From positions 1 through 64,000 of the forward strand of contig JBGSVZ010000050.1 in assembly GCA_041752695.1 (NCBI GenBank): a stretch of DNA of 64,000 bases. Direction: 5' to 3'. Every line of letters starts with the position of its first letter. The stretch's first letter is position 1. The notes below the pieces were generated by a model that saw nothing but the letters and a program-made list of their open reading frames with translations, did no database searches and was not told the origin of the DNA. Positions 9,300 to 18,933 of this stretch are shown here, in pieces. The translations under genes and the position numbers were made by a program. Origin of the DNA: Terrimicrobiaceae bacterium (lineage in GTDB: Bacteria; Verrucomicrobiota; Verrucomicrobiia; Chthoniobacterales; Terrimicrobiaceae).

Positions 9300-11228
9300 T
9301 CAGCCTTCCGACCGTCGCGGCAGCCTGGCCGTAAACGTACTTCCGAGGCCGGGTTCGCTCACCACCGTGATGTCGCCGCCGAGCAGGCGGCAAAACCGGC
9401 GGCTGATCGCCAGGCCAAGGCCGGTGCCGCCATATTTGCGCGTGGTGGAATTGTCCGCCTGATTGAAAACCTGGAATAGCCCCGCAATCTGCGCGGCGGT
9501 CAGGCCGATACCCGAGTCCGTCACGGAAAAATCGAGCCACTCGGCATCACCCGTGATCCGGAAAGTGATCTTGCCGTTTTTGGTGAATTTTACCGCGTTG
9601 CTCAGCAGGTTGAGGAGGGTCTGCCGGAGCTTCACGACATCCGACCGCATCAGGCAGGGGGTCTCGGCGAAATCGAGTTCCAGCGCGTTGCCATTTTTCT
9701 CCAGGGCGGGAACCAGGGTGGCCGCCACTTCGCGGACCACTTCGCTGGCGTCGAATTCTTCGCAAAAGATGGTCATTTTCCCCGCCTCGATTTTGGAAAT
9801 ATCGAGGATGTCGTTGATCAGGGTGAGCAGATGGCGGGCAGCGGTGAGGATGCGCTGAAGGTCCGGAATGAGGGCGTCCTGTCCGGCGTCGGCGGCTTCC
9901 TCGATCAGGATTTCGCCGTAGCCGATGATGGCGTTCATCGGCGTGCGCAGTTCGTGACTCATATTGGCGAGGAAGGCGCTTTTGGTGCGGCTGGCTTCCT
10001 CCGCCTGATCGCGGGCAAGGGCGAGTTCCGCGGTCCGCTGTCGGACTTTTTCCTCCATCGTCTCGTACATTTCCCGGAGCTGTGCGGTCATGCGGTTGAA
10101 GTCCGCCGCGAGGTCGCCGATCTCGTTGCGCGAGGAAAGCGTGACCGTGCGTTCGAGGTTGCCGGAGGCCACGTCGTGGACGGCGCCGGTGAGTTGTTCG
10201 ATCGGTTGGGAAAACGACCGGGCGGCGAGGGCGGCGGCGAGGGCGGCGGCCAGGATCGTGGCGGCACCGATGAAGATGGCCAGCCAGCCAAGACGGGTGA
10301 CCGGGGCAAAGGCCTCGTCGGCATCAATTTTCACCACCACGCCCCAGCGCATGTAAGGAAGATAGCGCCAGACGCCGAGGACCTTTTTGCCCCGGTAGTC
10401 GGTGAAAATACCCGAGCCGTGATGGCCTTGCACACTTTCCTGAAGGGCGGAGGCGTGTGGGGATCCGAGGGGAATTTTCAGGTTGAACGCCGCGTCCGGC
10501 CGGTGCCGTGTCGGGGTCAGGACGAGGGCATGATCGTCGCGGAGTGTCGCCACCACCATCTCTCCGGTGCGTCCGAGACCGGTGTAATCATTGACCACTC
10601 GATTGATTTCCTCGCTGGAAAGCTGCAAGGCCACCACGCCACGCAGGAGGCCGCTGGATAAGACGGGCGACGCGATGAAGGCGGCGGGTTTGCCGTCCGG
10701 TTCGAAAAAATCGAAGTCGGACTGTTCGGTCCCGAGCATGGTGAGCGCGTCCGCGAAGACGTGGCCCAGTCCGGTATCGGCAAGGGGAGGTTGGCGCAGG
10801 TCGCCTCCGAAATCCCGCTCGTGTTGGGTACTGAAAAGGACGCGGCCTTCTGGAGAGATCAAATAAATTTCGGTGAATCCCGCGCCATCGCGAAAGCGTT
10901 CGAGCGCGCCCCGGTAGCGGTTTTCTGCGACGCGGTAGGCGACGCCGCCGGAGCCCCCCGCCGCGCGCGCGTCCGCCAGATCGCGGAGAGCGTCCTCCGT
11001 CACTGAGCCGTGTGCAATTGCGGTGAGGTTGTTTTCTTTTTGACGCAGATAATTTTCAATCTGCCGTCCCTGGCGTGCCGCGATGGCTTCGAGTCCATTG
11101 ACAATTTCCTGGCGCAACAACTCACTGGAAGCCCGGTAGTTGAGAAACGTGGACACGCCCAGCGGCGCCAGTGCGAGGGCGAGGAACCACAGCATAAGCT
11201 GGGTGAAAATGCGTCCTTTGCGCCTCAT
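9300..11228 (-). CDS. Sensor histidine kinase (TM - Cache-like - TM - HAMP - HisKA - HATPase), no receiver domain
   Basis: [14 protein letters not shown]-box, [22 protein letters not shown]. Start [10 protein letters not shown] overlaps the stop of the upstream gene (ATGA). Confidence 0.92.
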   Translation of the reverse strand: MRRKGRIFTQLMLWFLALALAPLGVSTFLNYRASSELLRQEIVNGLEAIAARQGRQIENYLRQKENNLTAIAHGSVTEDALRDLADARAAGGSGGVAYRVAENRYRGALERFRDGAGFTEIYLISPEGRVLFSTQHERDFGGDLRQPPLADTGLGHVFADALTMLGTEQSDFDFFEPDGKPAAFIASPVLSSGLLRGVVALQLSSEEINRVVNDYTGLGRTGEMVVATLRDDHALVLTPTRHRPDAAFNLKIPLGSPHASALQESVQGHHGSGIFTDYRGKKVLGVWRYLPYMRWGVVVKIDADEAFAPVTRLGWLAIFIGAATILAAALAAALAARSFSQPIEQLTGAVHDVASGNLERTVTLSSRNEIGDLAADFNRMTAQLREMYETMEEKVRQRTAELALARDQAEEASRTKSAFLANMSHELRTPMNAIIGYGEILIEEAADAGQDALIPDLQRILTAARHLLTLINDILDISKIEAGKMTIFCEEFDASEVVREVAATLVPALEKNGNALELDFAETPCLMRSDVVKLRQTLLNLLSNAVKFTKNGKITFRITGDAEWLDFSVTDSGIGLTAAQIAGLFQVFNQADNSTTRKYGGTGLGLAISRRFCRLLGGDITVVSEPGLGSTFTARLPRRSEG

Positions 11229-12472
11229 GGCTCCTCCTTGGCACGCGGGTTGGCCCAGAGGCCATCCCAGGCCTTGTTCAAATCGGTGAGATGATTTTCC
11301 CATTCCCGTCTGGTGCGGAAGATGGGGAAGGGCAGGGGACGCACCGGCTTGCGCGAGGCCCAGACAATGTCGAACTGGCCGTCCTCGCGGATGCGTCCGA
11401 TGCGCACGGTTTTCCAGGTGTGCTGGGTGTCGCCGTCCACATAAACGAGGCCCTCCGGCGCGGCGAAACCCTGACCCCGGATGGCGCGGCGCACGGCGGC
11501 GGGGTCGTCGGTGCCGGCTTCCTGCACGGCTTGTGCCCAAAGATGGACTCCAAAATAGGCAGCCTCCACGGGGTCGGACGTCACGGCTTTTGGGCCCGCG
11601 GCTTGACGGAACGCGGTGATGAATCGTTTGTTTTCCGGCGTATCGAGGCTTTGGAAATAATTCCACGCCGCGTAATCGCCGGCCATCGAACGTGGGTCGA
11701 GATGCTGGAGTTCCGTTTCGCCAATGCTGAACGATAGGGTGGGAATGGTGTCGGGAGTCACTCCCGCGGCCCGCAGAGCTTGAAAAAAGGCGACATTGGA
11801 ATCGCCGTTGATCGTGTTGAGAATCACGTCGGGTTTCGCTGCGATAATCTCCGCGACAATCGCGTCCGCCTTGGTTCCGCCCAGCGGGAGATACCGTTCC
11901 CCGACCACCTCACCGCCGAGCGCGCGCACCTGATCCCTAATGATGGCGTTTGCCGTGCGCGGGAAAACGTAGTCCGATCCGACCAGAAAAACGCGGCGTC
12001 CGAGCTTTTCGAGGCAATAACTCACCGCCGGCATCACCTGCTGATTCGGTGCGGCGCCGGTGTAGATGATGTTCGGCGATTGCTCGAGGCCCTCGTATTG
12101 CAAAGGGTAGAAGAGGAGGTGTTGGTATTTTTCAAACACCGGCTTCACCGACTTGCGGCTGGCAGAGGTCCAGCACCCGAAAACCACACTGACCTTTTCC
12201 TCCGTGATCAATCGCTCTGCTTCCTTCGCGAAGTGAGCGGGGTCCGATTTTCCGTCCGCGATCACCGGCTCGATCTTGCGTCCGAGCAGGCCACCTGCCC
12301 GGTTGATTTCCTCCAGGGCCATGAGGGTGGATTTCAGCACGGCGGTCTCACTGATGGCCATGGTGCCCTGTTGGGAATGCAGGATGCCGACGCGAAGGGG
12401 CGGGTTATTCTGCGCCGTCGCGGCCAGGAGCGGAAGGAGGGCTGCCAGCAGGATGAAAAGTCTCCGCCCCAT
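11225..12472 (-). CDS. urtA: UrtA-family urea/amide ABC-type substrate-binding protein
   Basis: Signal peptide; VGILHS.GTMAISE, FGCWTSASRK, YPLQYEGLE, GSDYVFPRTAN, NTINGDSN, AAWNYFQ. Confidence 0.88.
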   Translation of the reverse strand: MGRRLFILLAALLPLLAATAQNNPPLRVGILHSQQGTMAISETAVLKSTLMALEEINRAGGLLGRKIEPVIADGKSDPAHFAKEAERLITEEKVSVVFGCWTSASRKSVKPVFEKYQHLLFYPLQYEGLEQSPNIIYTGAAPNQQVMPAVSYCLEKLGRRVFLVGSDYVFPRTANAIIRDQVRALGGEVVGERYLPLGGTKADAIVAEIIAAKPDVILNTINGDSNVAFFQALRAAGVTPDTIPTLSFSIGETELQHLDPRSMAGDYAAWNYFQSLDTPENKRFITAFRQAAGPKAVTSDPVEAAYFGVHLWAQAVQEAGTDDPAAVRRAIRGQGFAAPEGLVYVDGDTQHTWKTVRIGRIREDGQFDIVWASRKPVRPLPFPIFRTRREWENHLTDLNKAWDGLWANPRAKEEP

Positions 12473-12478
12473 GTTCTC

Positions 12479-13291
12479 TCAAATATAAAGCTCGCGAAGC
12501 ATCTCCGCCGCACCTTCGTCGAGTTGCTCCCGGGCGCGCACTTCGTTAAAACAGTCGATCAGATCCTCCGGACGCAATCGGCGTTTCTCCGCCCCGCGGA
12601 AATCATGTAGCACCTGGCCGCGGTTCATCATGATGATGCGGTCGCCAAGGCTCACGGCCTGCTGCATGGAGTGCGTGACCATGAGGGTGGTGAGTCGGTC
12701 GCGTTGCACGACTTCGTTCGTCAGAGTGATGACCTGGTCGGCACTTTTCGGATCGAGGGCGGCGGTGTGTTCGTCGAGGAGCAGCAGATCCGGCTTCAGC
12801 CATGAGGCCATGAGGAGCGTGAGGGCTTGACGTTGGCCTCCGGAGAGGGAGCCGATGGCATTATCCAGACGATTCTCCAAACCCATGCGCAGGCTGGCGA
12901 TGCGTTCTCGGAGTGGCTTCATCAACCCGCCCGAAAGCGCCCAACCCAGTCCTCGGACCTTGCCGCGATGGGTGGCGAGGGCGAAATTTTCCGCGATCGA
13001 CATCCCCGGCGCAGTGCCGCTGAAGGGGTTTTGAAAGACGCGCCCGATGAGTTCCGCACGGCGGTGTTCGGGCCATTTGGTGACGTCGTGGCCGGCGAGG
13101 TGGATGGTTCCTTGATCGACGTAAAACGAGCCAGCCACCGCGTTGAGGAGGGTGGATTTCCCCGAGCCGTTCATGCCAAGGACGACCACAAACGAACCCT
13201 CGTCGATCGTGAGATTTACGCCCTGCAAGGCGCGGACCTCATTGACCGTGCCGGGGTTGAACGTTTTGCGAATGCCGTGGACTTCAAGCAT
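12479..13291 (-). CDS. ABC transporter ATP-binding protein
   Basis: Walker A GMNGSGKS, signature LSGGQRQ, LLLLDEHTAALDP, VTH. Confidence 0.95.
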   Translation of the reverse strand: MLEVHGIRKTFNPGTVNEVRALQGVNLTIDEGSFVVVLGMNGSGKSTLLNAVAGSFYVDQGTIHLAGHDVTKWPEHRRAELIGRVFQNPFSGTAPGMSIAENFALATHRGKVRGLGWALSGGLMKPLRERIASLRMGLENRLDNAIGSLSGGQRQALTLLMASWLKPDLLLLDEHTAALDPKSADQVITLTNEVVQRDRLTTLMVTHSMQQAVSLGDRIIMMNRGQVLHDFRGAEKRRLRPEDLIDCFNEVRAREQLDEGAAEMLRELYI

Positions 13292-13301
13292 GGGGAAATT
13301 T

Positions 13302-13768
13302 TTTTACAGAAGGGAACGAAGGAAAGAAAGGTTCACAGGTTTGCCCCGGGAAGGATGAGGCGATGCATCCCGTCGGTGAGCTTCGATTCGTGGAAGTTGA
13401 AAAGCAGACCGATGGGGACGTTGAGAAGCTTCATGTAACTCAGGAGTTGGGCTTTGTGAACGGGGAGGACTTCCATGACGGATTTCAATTCCAGGAGCAG
13501 ACAGTCGGAAATCAGCATGTCGAACCGCAGGGACTCTTCGAAGATGAAACCCTTGTACTCAACCTTCACAGTGTTCTGGCATTTGGTTTCGATCCCGCGC
13601 AACTCCAATTCCCGGCGCAGGCATTTTTCATAGATGCTTTCGATCAGCCCCGATCCTTTGATGCGATGAACCTCAATGGCCGCGCCAATGACCGTCCTGC
13701 TTAGTTTGTCGGACTTTGCAAAAAGCGGGTGCATCTCTTCTTTGTTCCCTTCGTTTCCTTCTGTTAAA
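13302..13768. repeat. 29-bp imperfect inverted repeats (13302-13330 and 13740-13768) bracketing the GxxExxY gene
   Basis: Left TTTTACAGAAGGGAACGAAGGAAAGAAAG; reverse complement of right TTTAACAGAAGGAAACGAAGGGAACAAAG; 25/29 identical. Confidence 0.8.
13333..13734 (-). CDS. GxxExxY protein (PD-(D/E)XK nuclease-like)
   Basis: IGAAIEVHR..G.GLIESIYE (GxxExxY), RFDMLI, LLELKS, HKAQLLSYM, GLLFNF. Start MHPLFAK at 13734. Confidence 0.92.
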   Translation of the reverse strand: MHPLFAKSDKLSRTVIGAAIEVHRIKGSGLIESIYEKCLRRELELRGIETKCQNTVKVEYKGFIFEESLRFDMLISDCLLLELKSVMEVLPVHKAQLLSYMKLLNVPIGLLFNFHESKLTDGMHRLILPGANL

Positions 13769-14690
13769 CCTGTACGGGTTTGCGTTTCAGTTTTTCCACG
13801 AACCCCGGGAGCACGAGGGCGGCGAAAACGAAGAGGGCGGTGATGAGTTTCAGGTCGTTCGGGTTGAGGCCCCAGCGCAAGGCAATGGCGACGAGGAGGC
13901 GAAAGAGGATGGAGCCCATGATAGCCCCGACGATGGTGAGTCCGAGGCTGCGCGCGCCGGTGAGGGCCTCGCCGATGATCACGCTGGCGAGACCCCACAC
14001 CACCATCCCGATGCCCATTTGGGCGTCGGCGAAACCTTGATACTGGGCCAGCAAGGCCCCGGAAAGCGCGACGAAACCGTTGGACAGCGCGAGGCCGAGA
14101 ACGATGTAGCCCTCCACGTTGCCACCCAGGGCGCGGATCATCTGGGCGTTGTCGCCGGTGGCGCGCATGGCGGTGCCGATTTGGGTGCGGAAGAAGAGAT
14201 AGAGGACCAATCCGCCGATGGACGCGGCGGCGAGGGCGAAGAGCAGGAGTGCGGCGTCGGAAGATGCGACGGGCCAGCCAAGGAGGTTCACGGTATCGGA
14301 ACCGATGATTTTCAGCCCGATCTCCTCAGCGTGGCTGCCCAGCGTGCGGGCCTGCATGAGGGGGACGTTGCTGCGGCCCATGACGTGCAAATTTACGGAA
14401 TACAGCGCGGTCATGACGAGGATACCGGCGAGCAGGGCGTTGATTTTGAATTTGGTGTGCAGGATGCCCGTGATGGCTCCCGCGACGGCTCCTCCCGCCG
14501 CGCCGGCCGCTGTCGCCAGCAAGGGATTGACGCCCTGGACCAGGAGCACGGCGGCAATGGCCGCACCGAGCGTGATGGACCCATCGGTGGTGATGTCGGG
14601 AATGGAAAAAATGCGGAACGAAATAAAAACTCCCATCGCCAGCAGCGAAAGAATGAGACCAATGGTGAGAGCCCCGAGAAGTAGCGTCAT
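13764..14690 (-). CDS. ABC transporter permease
   Basis: Highly hydrophobic; PDITTDGS, GTAMRATGDN, GLASVIIGE. Confidence 0.92.
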   Translation of the reverse strand: MTLLLGALTIGLILSLLAMGVFISFRIFSIPDITTDGSITLGAAIAAVLLVQGVNPLLATAAGAAGGAVAGAITGILHTKFKINALLAGILVMTALYSVNLHVMGRSNVPLMQARTLGSHAEEIGLKIIGSDTVNLLGWPVASSDAALLLFALAAASIGGLVLYLFFRTQIGTAMRATGDNAQMIRALGGNVEGYIVLGLALSNGFVALSGALLAQYQGFADAQMGIGMVVWGLASVIIGEALTGARSLGLTIVGAIMGSILFRLLVAIALRWGLNPNDLKLITALFVFAALVLPGFVEKLKRKPVQV

Positions 14691-15913
14691 TCGTTTTGCG
14701 ATGTTTGAGGTTTGATGTCCGAGGTGATGGGCGCGATCCAGAGAGCGCCGCGGAGGAATTCGCTTTCGCCGACGCCATTGAATTCCCTGGTGTCGGCCAA
14801 AAGGTGCAGGACGGCGTGAAGCGAGTGGGTGTCAAAGAGTCCGGACACGGTGGGTTTCAATTCGATGCGGCCTTTTTGGAGCGGACGGTAGGGAAAACTC
14901 GCGGCGTGGAAATGTCCCATCACGTTGCCATGGGGGCGGAGGAGGTCTTGAAAAGGCGCGCCTTCACGTGCCACGACGCCGGCAATCAGGGAGGTCGAGT
15001 CACGGAAGGAACGCTCGGTGGTGAAAGACAGCCAGTCGCGGATCTGCGGGAATGCGAAACGGTCGGCAGTGGCAGGGGAGGCGACGGATTGGCGCAGGCT
15101 CGCCCCGACGAGGCCGGAGGTTTCCGTGACGGCGACCAAGGCAACGGCGGGAGTTCCCGCGAGTTCCAGGGCGGTGGCGGCGAGTTCGGTGAGCCCGACG
15201 GCGCGGTTTTCTTTTTTTACGGCAAAGCGTGCGAGGAGAGGAAATTTTCCCCGGCCGAGCAGGCCCAGCACGAGCTGTCCCTCGGGGACGAACTGGCCTT
15301 CGCTGAGGAGAAAGTCGGGCCGCGTGGAACCGTCCGCGGGCTGAAAAGCAGCGGCTCCGGCCACCGCGAGAAATTCGCCAAAGCGCGCTTCGTTTTCCGT
15401 TGCACTGGTGCCGAGGGCGCCGACTCCCAGGGCGAAGGTCTGGTCGTCGAATTGGCGCGTGTCGCGTGGGGAACCGGATGAGCCATGCAGGAGGGAGGCG
15501 TGGCCGAGGCTTTGCAGTGTGAATTCCCCGGAATCGCCGGGAAAGATTTCGTAGTCGGCCTTGGCCGACGCATGCGCGCGGCAAGATTCGTTCACCTCCA
15601 CTGCGGCAACTTCGTCTGTGGCGATGAGCGAGCCGATGCCCACCATCTGAAGGACGGAGCGCACATTGGGGGAGGGGTTACGGATGGCGAAGACGCCTTT
15701 GATGGAGAGGAGTTGTTTGTAAACGGTGAAGAGGACACGCAGCCCGGCGGAACTGATGTAGTTCACCTCCTCCATATCAAGATGAATACGATGTTCGCCC
15801 TCACGCACGGCGGCGGTGAGGGCTTTCTCCACCGGATCGCACCAGCTCGCATCAAGCCGTCCGGCCAGGCGGATGACAAGGATGTCGCCGATTTTTTGCG
15901 GGGTGATTTCCAT
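14687..15913 (-). CDS. STAS (anti-sigma-factor antagonist) domain fused to a ~290-aa domain of unknown function
   Basis: N-terminal GRLDA...LDMEEVNYISSAGLRVL. C-terminal region not recognised; contains GHFHA. Confidence 0.8.
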   Translation of the reverse strand: MEITPQKIGDILVIRLAGRLDASWCDPVEKALTAAVREGEHRIHLDMEEVNYISSAGLRVLFTVYKQLLSIKGVFAIRNPSPNVRSVLQMVGIGSLIATDEVAAVEVNESCRAHASAKADYEIFPGDSGEFTLQSLGHASLLHGSSGSPRDTRQFDDQTFALGVGALGTSATENEARFGEFLAVAGAAAFQPADGSTRPDFLLSEGQFVPEGQLVLGLLGRGKFPLLARFAVKKENRAVGLTELAATALELAGTPAVALVAVTETSGLVGASLRQSVASPATADRFAFPQIRDWLSFTTERSFRDSTSLIAGVVAREGAPFQDLLRPHGNVMGHFHAASFPYRPLQKGRIELKPTVSGLFDTHSLHAVLHLLADTREFNGVGESEFLRGALWIAPITSDIKPQTSQNE

Positions 15914-15915
15914 GA

Positions 15916-18828
15916 TTATTCGATGACCTTATCAGCCTCCTTGAGCAGGCCTTCGGGGATGGTCATGCCGGCGGCTTTGGCGTTGGGGAGGCTGATGACC
16001 CGGACCACTTTGGGCGGAAGGATAAAGGGAATGGTGGAGGGATTTTCCCCGGCGATGACACGTTCGATCAGTCCGACGGTGGCCTCTCCGGCCGCGTGAT
16101 AGTCGCGGCCCATGGCGATGACGGCCCCCTGCGGGATCATCGTGCTGTTGAGACTGAAGAGGGGTTTGCGGGCCTGGCGGGCGGCTTTGGTGATGGCGGT
16201 GAACCCGGCGCTTGAAAGGTTGTCGGAGATCTGAACGACGGCGTCGATGGGACGCGAGACCAGCGAGAGGGCGGCATCGGGCAACTCGCCCGGAGAGTTC
16301 GCGGCGACGGCTTCGAGGGTGAATCCGCGCCGCTGGCATTCCGCGTCGAGGGCGTCCTTCAACGCCACGGAATTGACCTCGGCCGGACAGAACAAAGTGC
16401 CGATGCGTTTGTAGGCGGGATAATATTTGGTGAGCAGGTCGAGCATGTCGCCAAAGGGACCCATCACCGCGACGCCGGTGACGTTGGGCAGATGGTCGGT
16501 GTAGCTTTTGCCCGCTCCGGCGATCACCGGGTCGGCGACCATCGAAAAGACCACCGGAATCTTGCGGATTTTGTTGATGGCCGTTTGCATGGTCGGGGTG
16601 GAGAGCGGGACAATGATGTCAGCGCCTTCGGTGACGGCGGCGTCGAGAATTCCGCTAATGGCGGACATGTCGCCCTGGGCAGACCGAACCTTGATTGTGT
16701 AGTCGCGGCCTGCGACCAGGGGGCTGACTTTCCAGCCATCGGCCATGCCGGCGAGGGTCTCCTCGGCCGGGGGGGATTCGTTGTAAAGGATCACGGCGAG
16801 CTTCCAGGTTTTCCCCGTGGGATTCGGTGCCGGCAGGTTCGCGCCGGTGACTTCCTTGATAACCGTGGCCGGGATGGCGAGGCCGAGTTTGGCGGCTGCG
16901 GCTGGGTTGAATTTCGTCGAGTTGACCGACACGTTTTGCAGGGGAATTTGCGCCGGGCTTTCCCCGGTGAGGACGCGGGCGAGGGGAAGGGCGGCGGCCT
17001 TGCCACTGTGGTAAAATCCGGGCCCAACCGAAAGCAGGATACCGCGATCGAGATAGTCTGGATCTTCGTTGATGATGGGGAGCCCCGCGGCGTTTGCGAC
17101 CTTCACAATGCCGTCGAGGGCCTGCATCGCGGTGTTGTCGCCATCAATGTAGAAGGCGTCCACCTTGCGTGCGACCAGAGCCTGCGCGGCCTGCATCACG
17201 TCGCCGGTCGTGGGCGCGGTGAGTTCAATGAGCTTCACTCCCTGGGCGGCGCAGGCCTCGCGGAGCAGGGAGGCCACCTTCACGGAATTGGCCTCGCCGT
17301 CGTTGTAGATCGTACCGAGGGTTTTGAGGTGGGGCAGGAGCTTGCGGGCGGCCTTCACGCCATCTGCGACGGGCGGAAGGGTCCCGATCCCCGTGACATT
17401 GGGCAGGTGGTCGGTGAAACTTTTTCCCGCGCCCGCGGCAACGGGATCAATGACATAGGTGAAAACCACCGGCTTTTTCTTGGCCCCGGCGAGAGCCCCC
17501 TGCAGCACCGGGGTGGAAAACGTCACGATGGCGTCGTTCGGGGAATTGTCGAAATTTTGGATGATGGGAAGGATGTTCGCCACCTCGCCCTGGGCGTGGG
17601 CGCGGGACACGACGAGGTTCTGTCCCTCGATGAATCCCAGATCGCGCAGGCCGTCGAGCAGGCCGCGTTCGCAGGAATCGCGGCTCGGTTCCGGTGTGTA
17701 ATAAGCGAGACCGATCCGATAGGTGCGACCCGGAGCGGGTACCGGAAGAGCGGCATCCACCGGACGGGGGGTGCTTTTTTCCACACCCTCCTCGTCAATC
17801 ACCAGTCTCGCCTTTGCCCTAAGGCTGTCGGGGATTTTCCATTTGTCACCCAATTGCGCGGCGGTCTGGAGGTTCACCGCGAGCATCTCGGGCATCACAT
17901 TTTCCACGGGCACGGTGGCGGGATCGCGGCCGTTGAGCACGTCGCCTGCGAGGAGGCCGGTGAGGCGGCCGACCTCGTGATAGTCAGCACCAAGATCGAA
18001 AAGCGCCCCACGTTTGACGTTCGGGGGGATGACGCTGAAGACGGGAACATTGCCCCTTTTGGCCGCGGCGATCACGGAGTCCACCGCGGTGATCACGGTG
18101 ACGTCACCGCACAACCACAGCGCGTCGAGACCCCGCGAAACCAAGGCGGCGGCGGCCTCGCCCACACCGGCGGAACTGTCGACCGTGGACTCGGTGAGGG
18201 TGAGGCCAAGGTCGGCGCAGACCTGACGGGCCAGGGCGATCTGGGCGACGGCGTTGGCTTCGCCCGCGTTGTAGACCACGCCCACGGTTTTCAGGTCGGG
18301 ATTAATGGCAAGGGCGGTTTCGAAGGCCTGCTGGACCGGCTGCATCGTGCCATGACCCGTGAGCCAAGCGGGGTGTTCGGTCGGGCTGGAAATGCCGACG
18401 CCTGCCGCCACCGGATTGGTGACGATGCCAAAAACATGCGGGGTGCGGGTGGAGCGGTTGGCATTGGCCACGGCTTGAAGGGAGGGCGTGCTGATGGTGA
18501 GGAGAAGGTCGTTGCCGGCATTGGCCATCTCGCGACCGATGGCTTGCGCAACTGTCATGTCCCCCTCGGCGTTAAAGCGTCGCACGGTGAGATTTTTGCC
18601 TTCCAGCCAGCCGCGTTCGGCGAGGCCGGCGAAAAGTCCTTCGCGGCTTTCGTCGAGCACGGCCTGTGAGGCGTGTTGCAGCACGGCGACGCGTTTGGTC
18701 GGCTGGGCGTCAGCCGGGGGCCCCTGGCGGGCATTCACGCGCGAACCGAGGTCGGAAAAAAGCAGCAGCGCCGAAGCGCTCGCGATGAGAAAGAGACCGA
18801 GTGCCAGACGGCGAATCGTAACCATCAT
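15916..18828 (-). CDS. ABC substrate-binding protein with three tandem ABC_sub_bind-type domains
   Basis: N-terminal TM/signal; three ~300-aa units, each with A[EQ]G[DE], STP, P[HV]VF...PV.AG and [WN][LV]TG motifs. Confidence 0.87.
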   Translation of the reverse strand: MMVTIRRLALGLFLIASASALLLFSDLGSRVNARQGPPADAQPTKRVAVLQHASQAVLDESREGLFAGLAERGWLEGKNLTVRRFNAEGDMTVAQAIGREMANAGNDLLLTISTPSLQAVANANRSTRTPHVFGIVTNPVAAGVGISSPTEHPAWLTGHGTMQPVQQAFETALAINPDLKTVGVVYNAGEANAVAQIALARQVCADLGLTLTESTVDSSAGVGEAAAALVSRGLDALWLCGDVTVITAVDSVIAAAKRGNVPVFSVIPPNVKRGALFDLGADYHEVGRLTGLLAGDVLNGRDPATVPVENVMPEMLAVNLQTAAQLGDKWKIPDSLRAKARLVIDEEGVEKSTPRPVDAALPVPAPGRTYRIGLAYYTPEPSRDSCERGLLDGLRDLGFIEGQNLVVSRAHAQGEVANILPIIQNFDNSPNDAIVTFSTPVLQGALAGAKKKPVVFTYVIDPVAAGAGKSFTDHLPNVTGIGTLPPVADGVKAARKLLPHLKTLGTIYNDGEANSVKVASLLREACAAQGVKLIELTAPTTGDVMQAAQALVARKVDAFYIDGDNTAMQALDGIVKVANAAGLPIINEDPDYLDRGILLSVGPGFYHSGKAAALPLARVLTGESPAQIPLQNVSVNSTKFNPAAAAKLGLAIPATVIKEVTGANLPAPNPTGKTWKLAVILYNESPPAEETLAGMADGWKVSPLVAGRDYTIKVRSAQGDMSAISGILDAAVTEGADIIVPLSTPTMQTAINKIRKIPVVFSMVADPVIAGAGKSYTDHLPNVTGVAVMGPFGDMLDLLTKYYPAYKRIGTLFCPAEVNSVALKDALDAECQRRGFTLEAVAANSPGELPDAALSLVSRPIDAVVQISDNLSSAGFTAITKAARQARKPLFSLNSTMIPQGAVIAMGRDYHAAGEATVGLIERVIAGENPSTIPFILPPKVVRVISLPNAKAAGMTIPEGLLKEADKVIE

Positions 18829-18933
18829 GTGAGGGGCGCAAGAATGTCAGCGCGAGGGGGATAATAAAGAAATTTGCGACAGGGGACGCGCAAAAAATGT
18901 GGACGGCGGACGGTCTTGCGATAGCTCTCGGGC

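Noticed and set aside
11229..11666. N-terminal extension of the histidine kinase in the ORF track
   Set aside because: Overlaps urtA in another frame and is low-complexity; ATG 11228 gives a normal TM start and an ATGA overlap.
13735..13998. N-terminal extension of the GxxExxY ORF
   Set aside because: Overlaps the permease and crosses the flanking repeat; family-like sequence begins near 13734.
16492..18669. 725-aa plus-strand ORF, and similar long ORFs at 6049-7653, 26997-28940, 30709-32412 and 41767-43134
   Set aside because: Antisense shadows of well-supported genes; expected from high-GC codon bias and lacking recognisable motifs.
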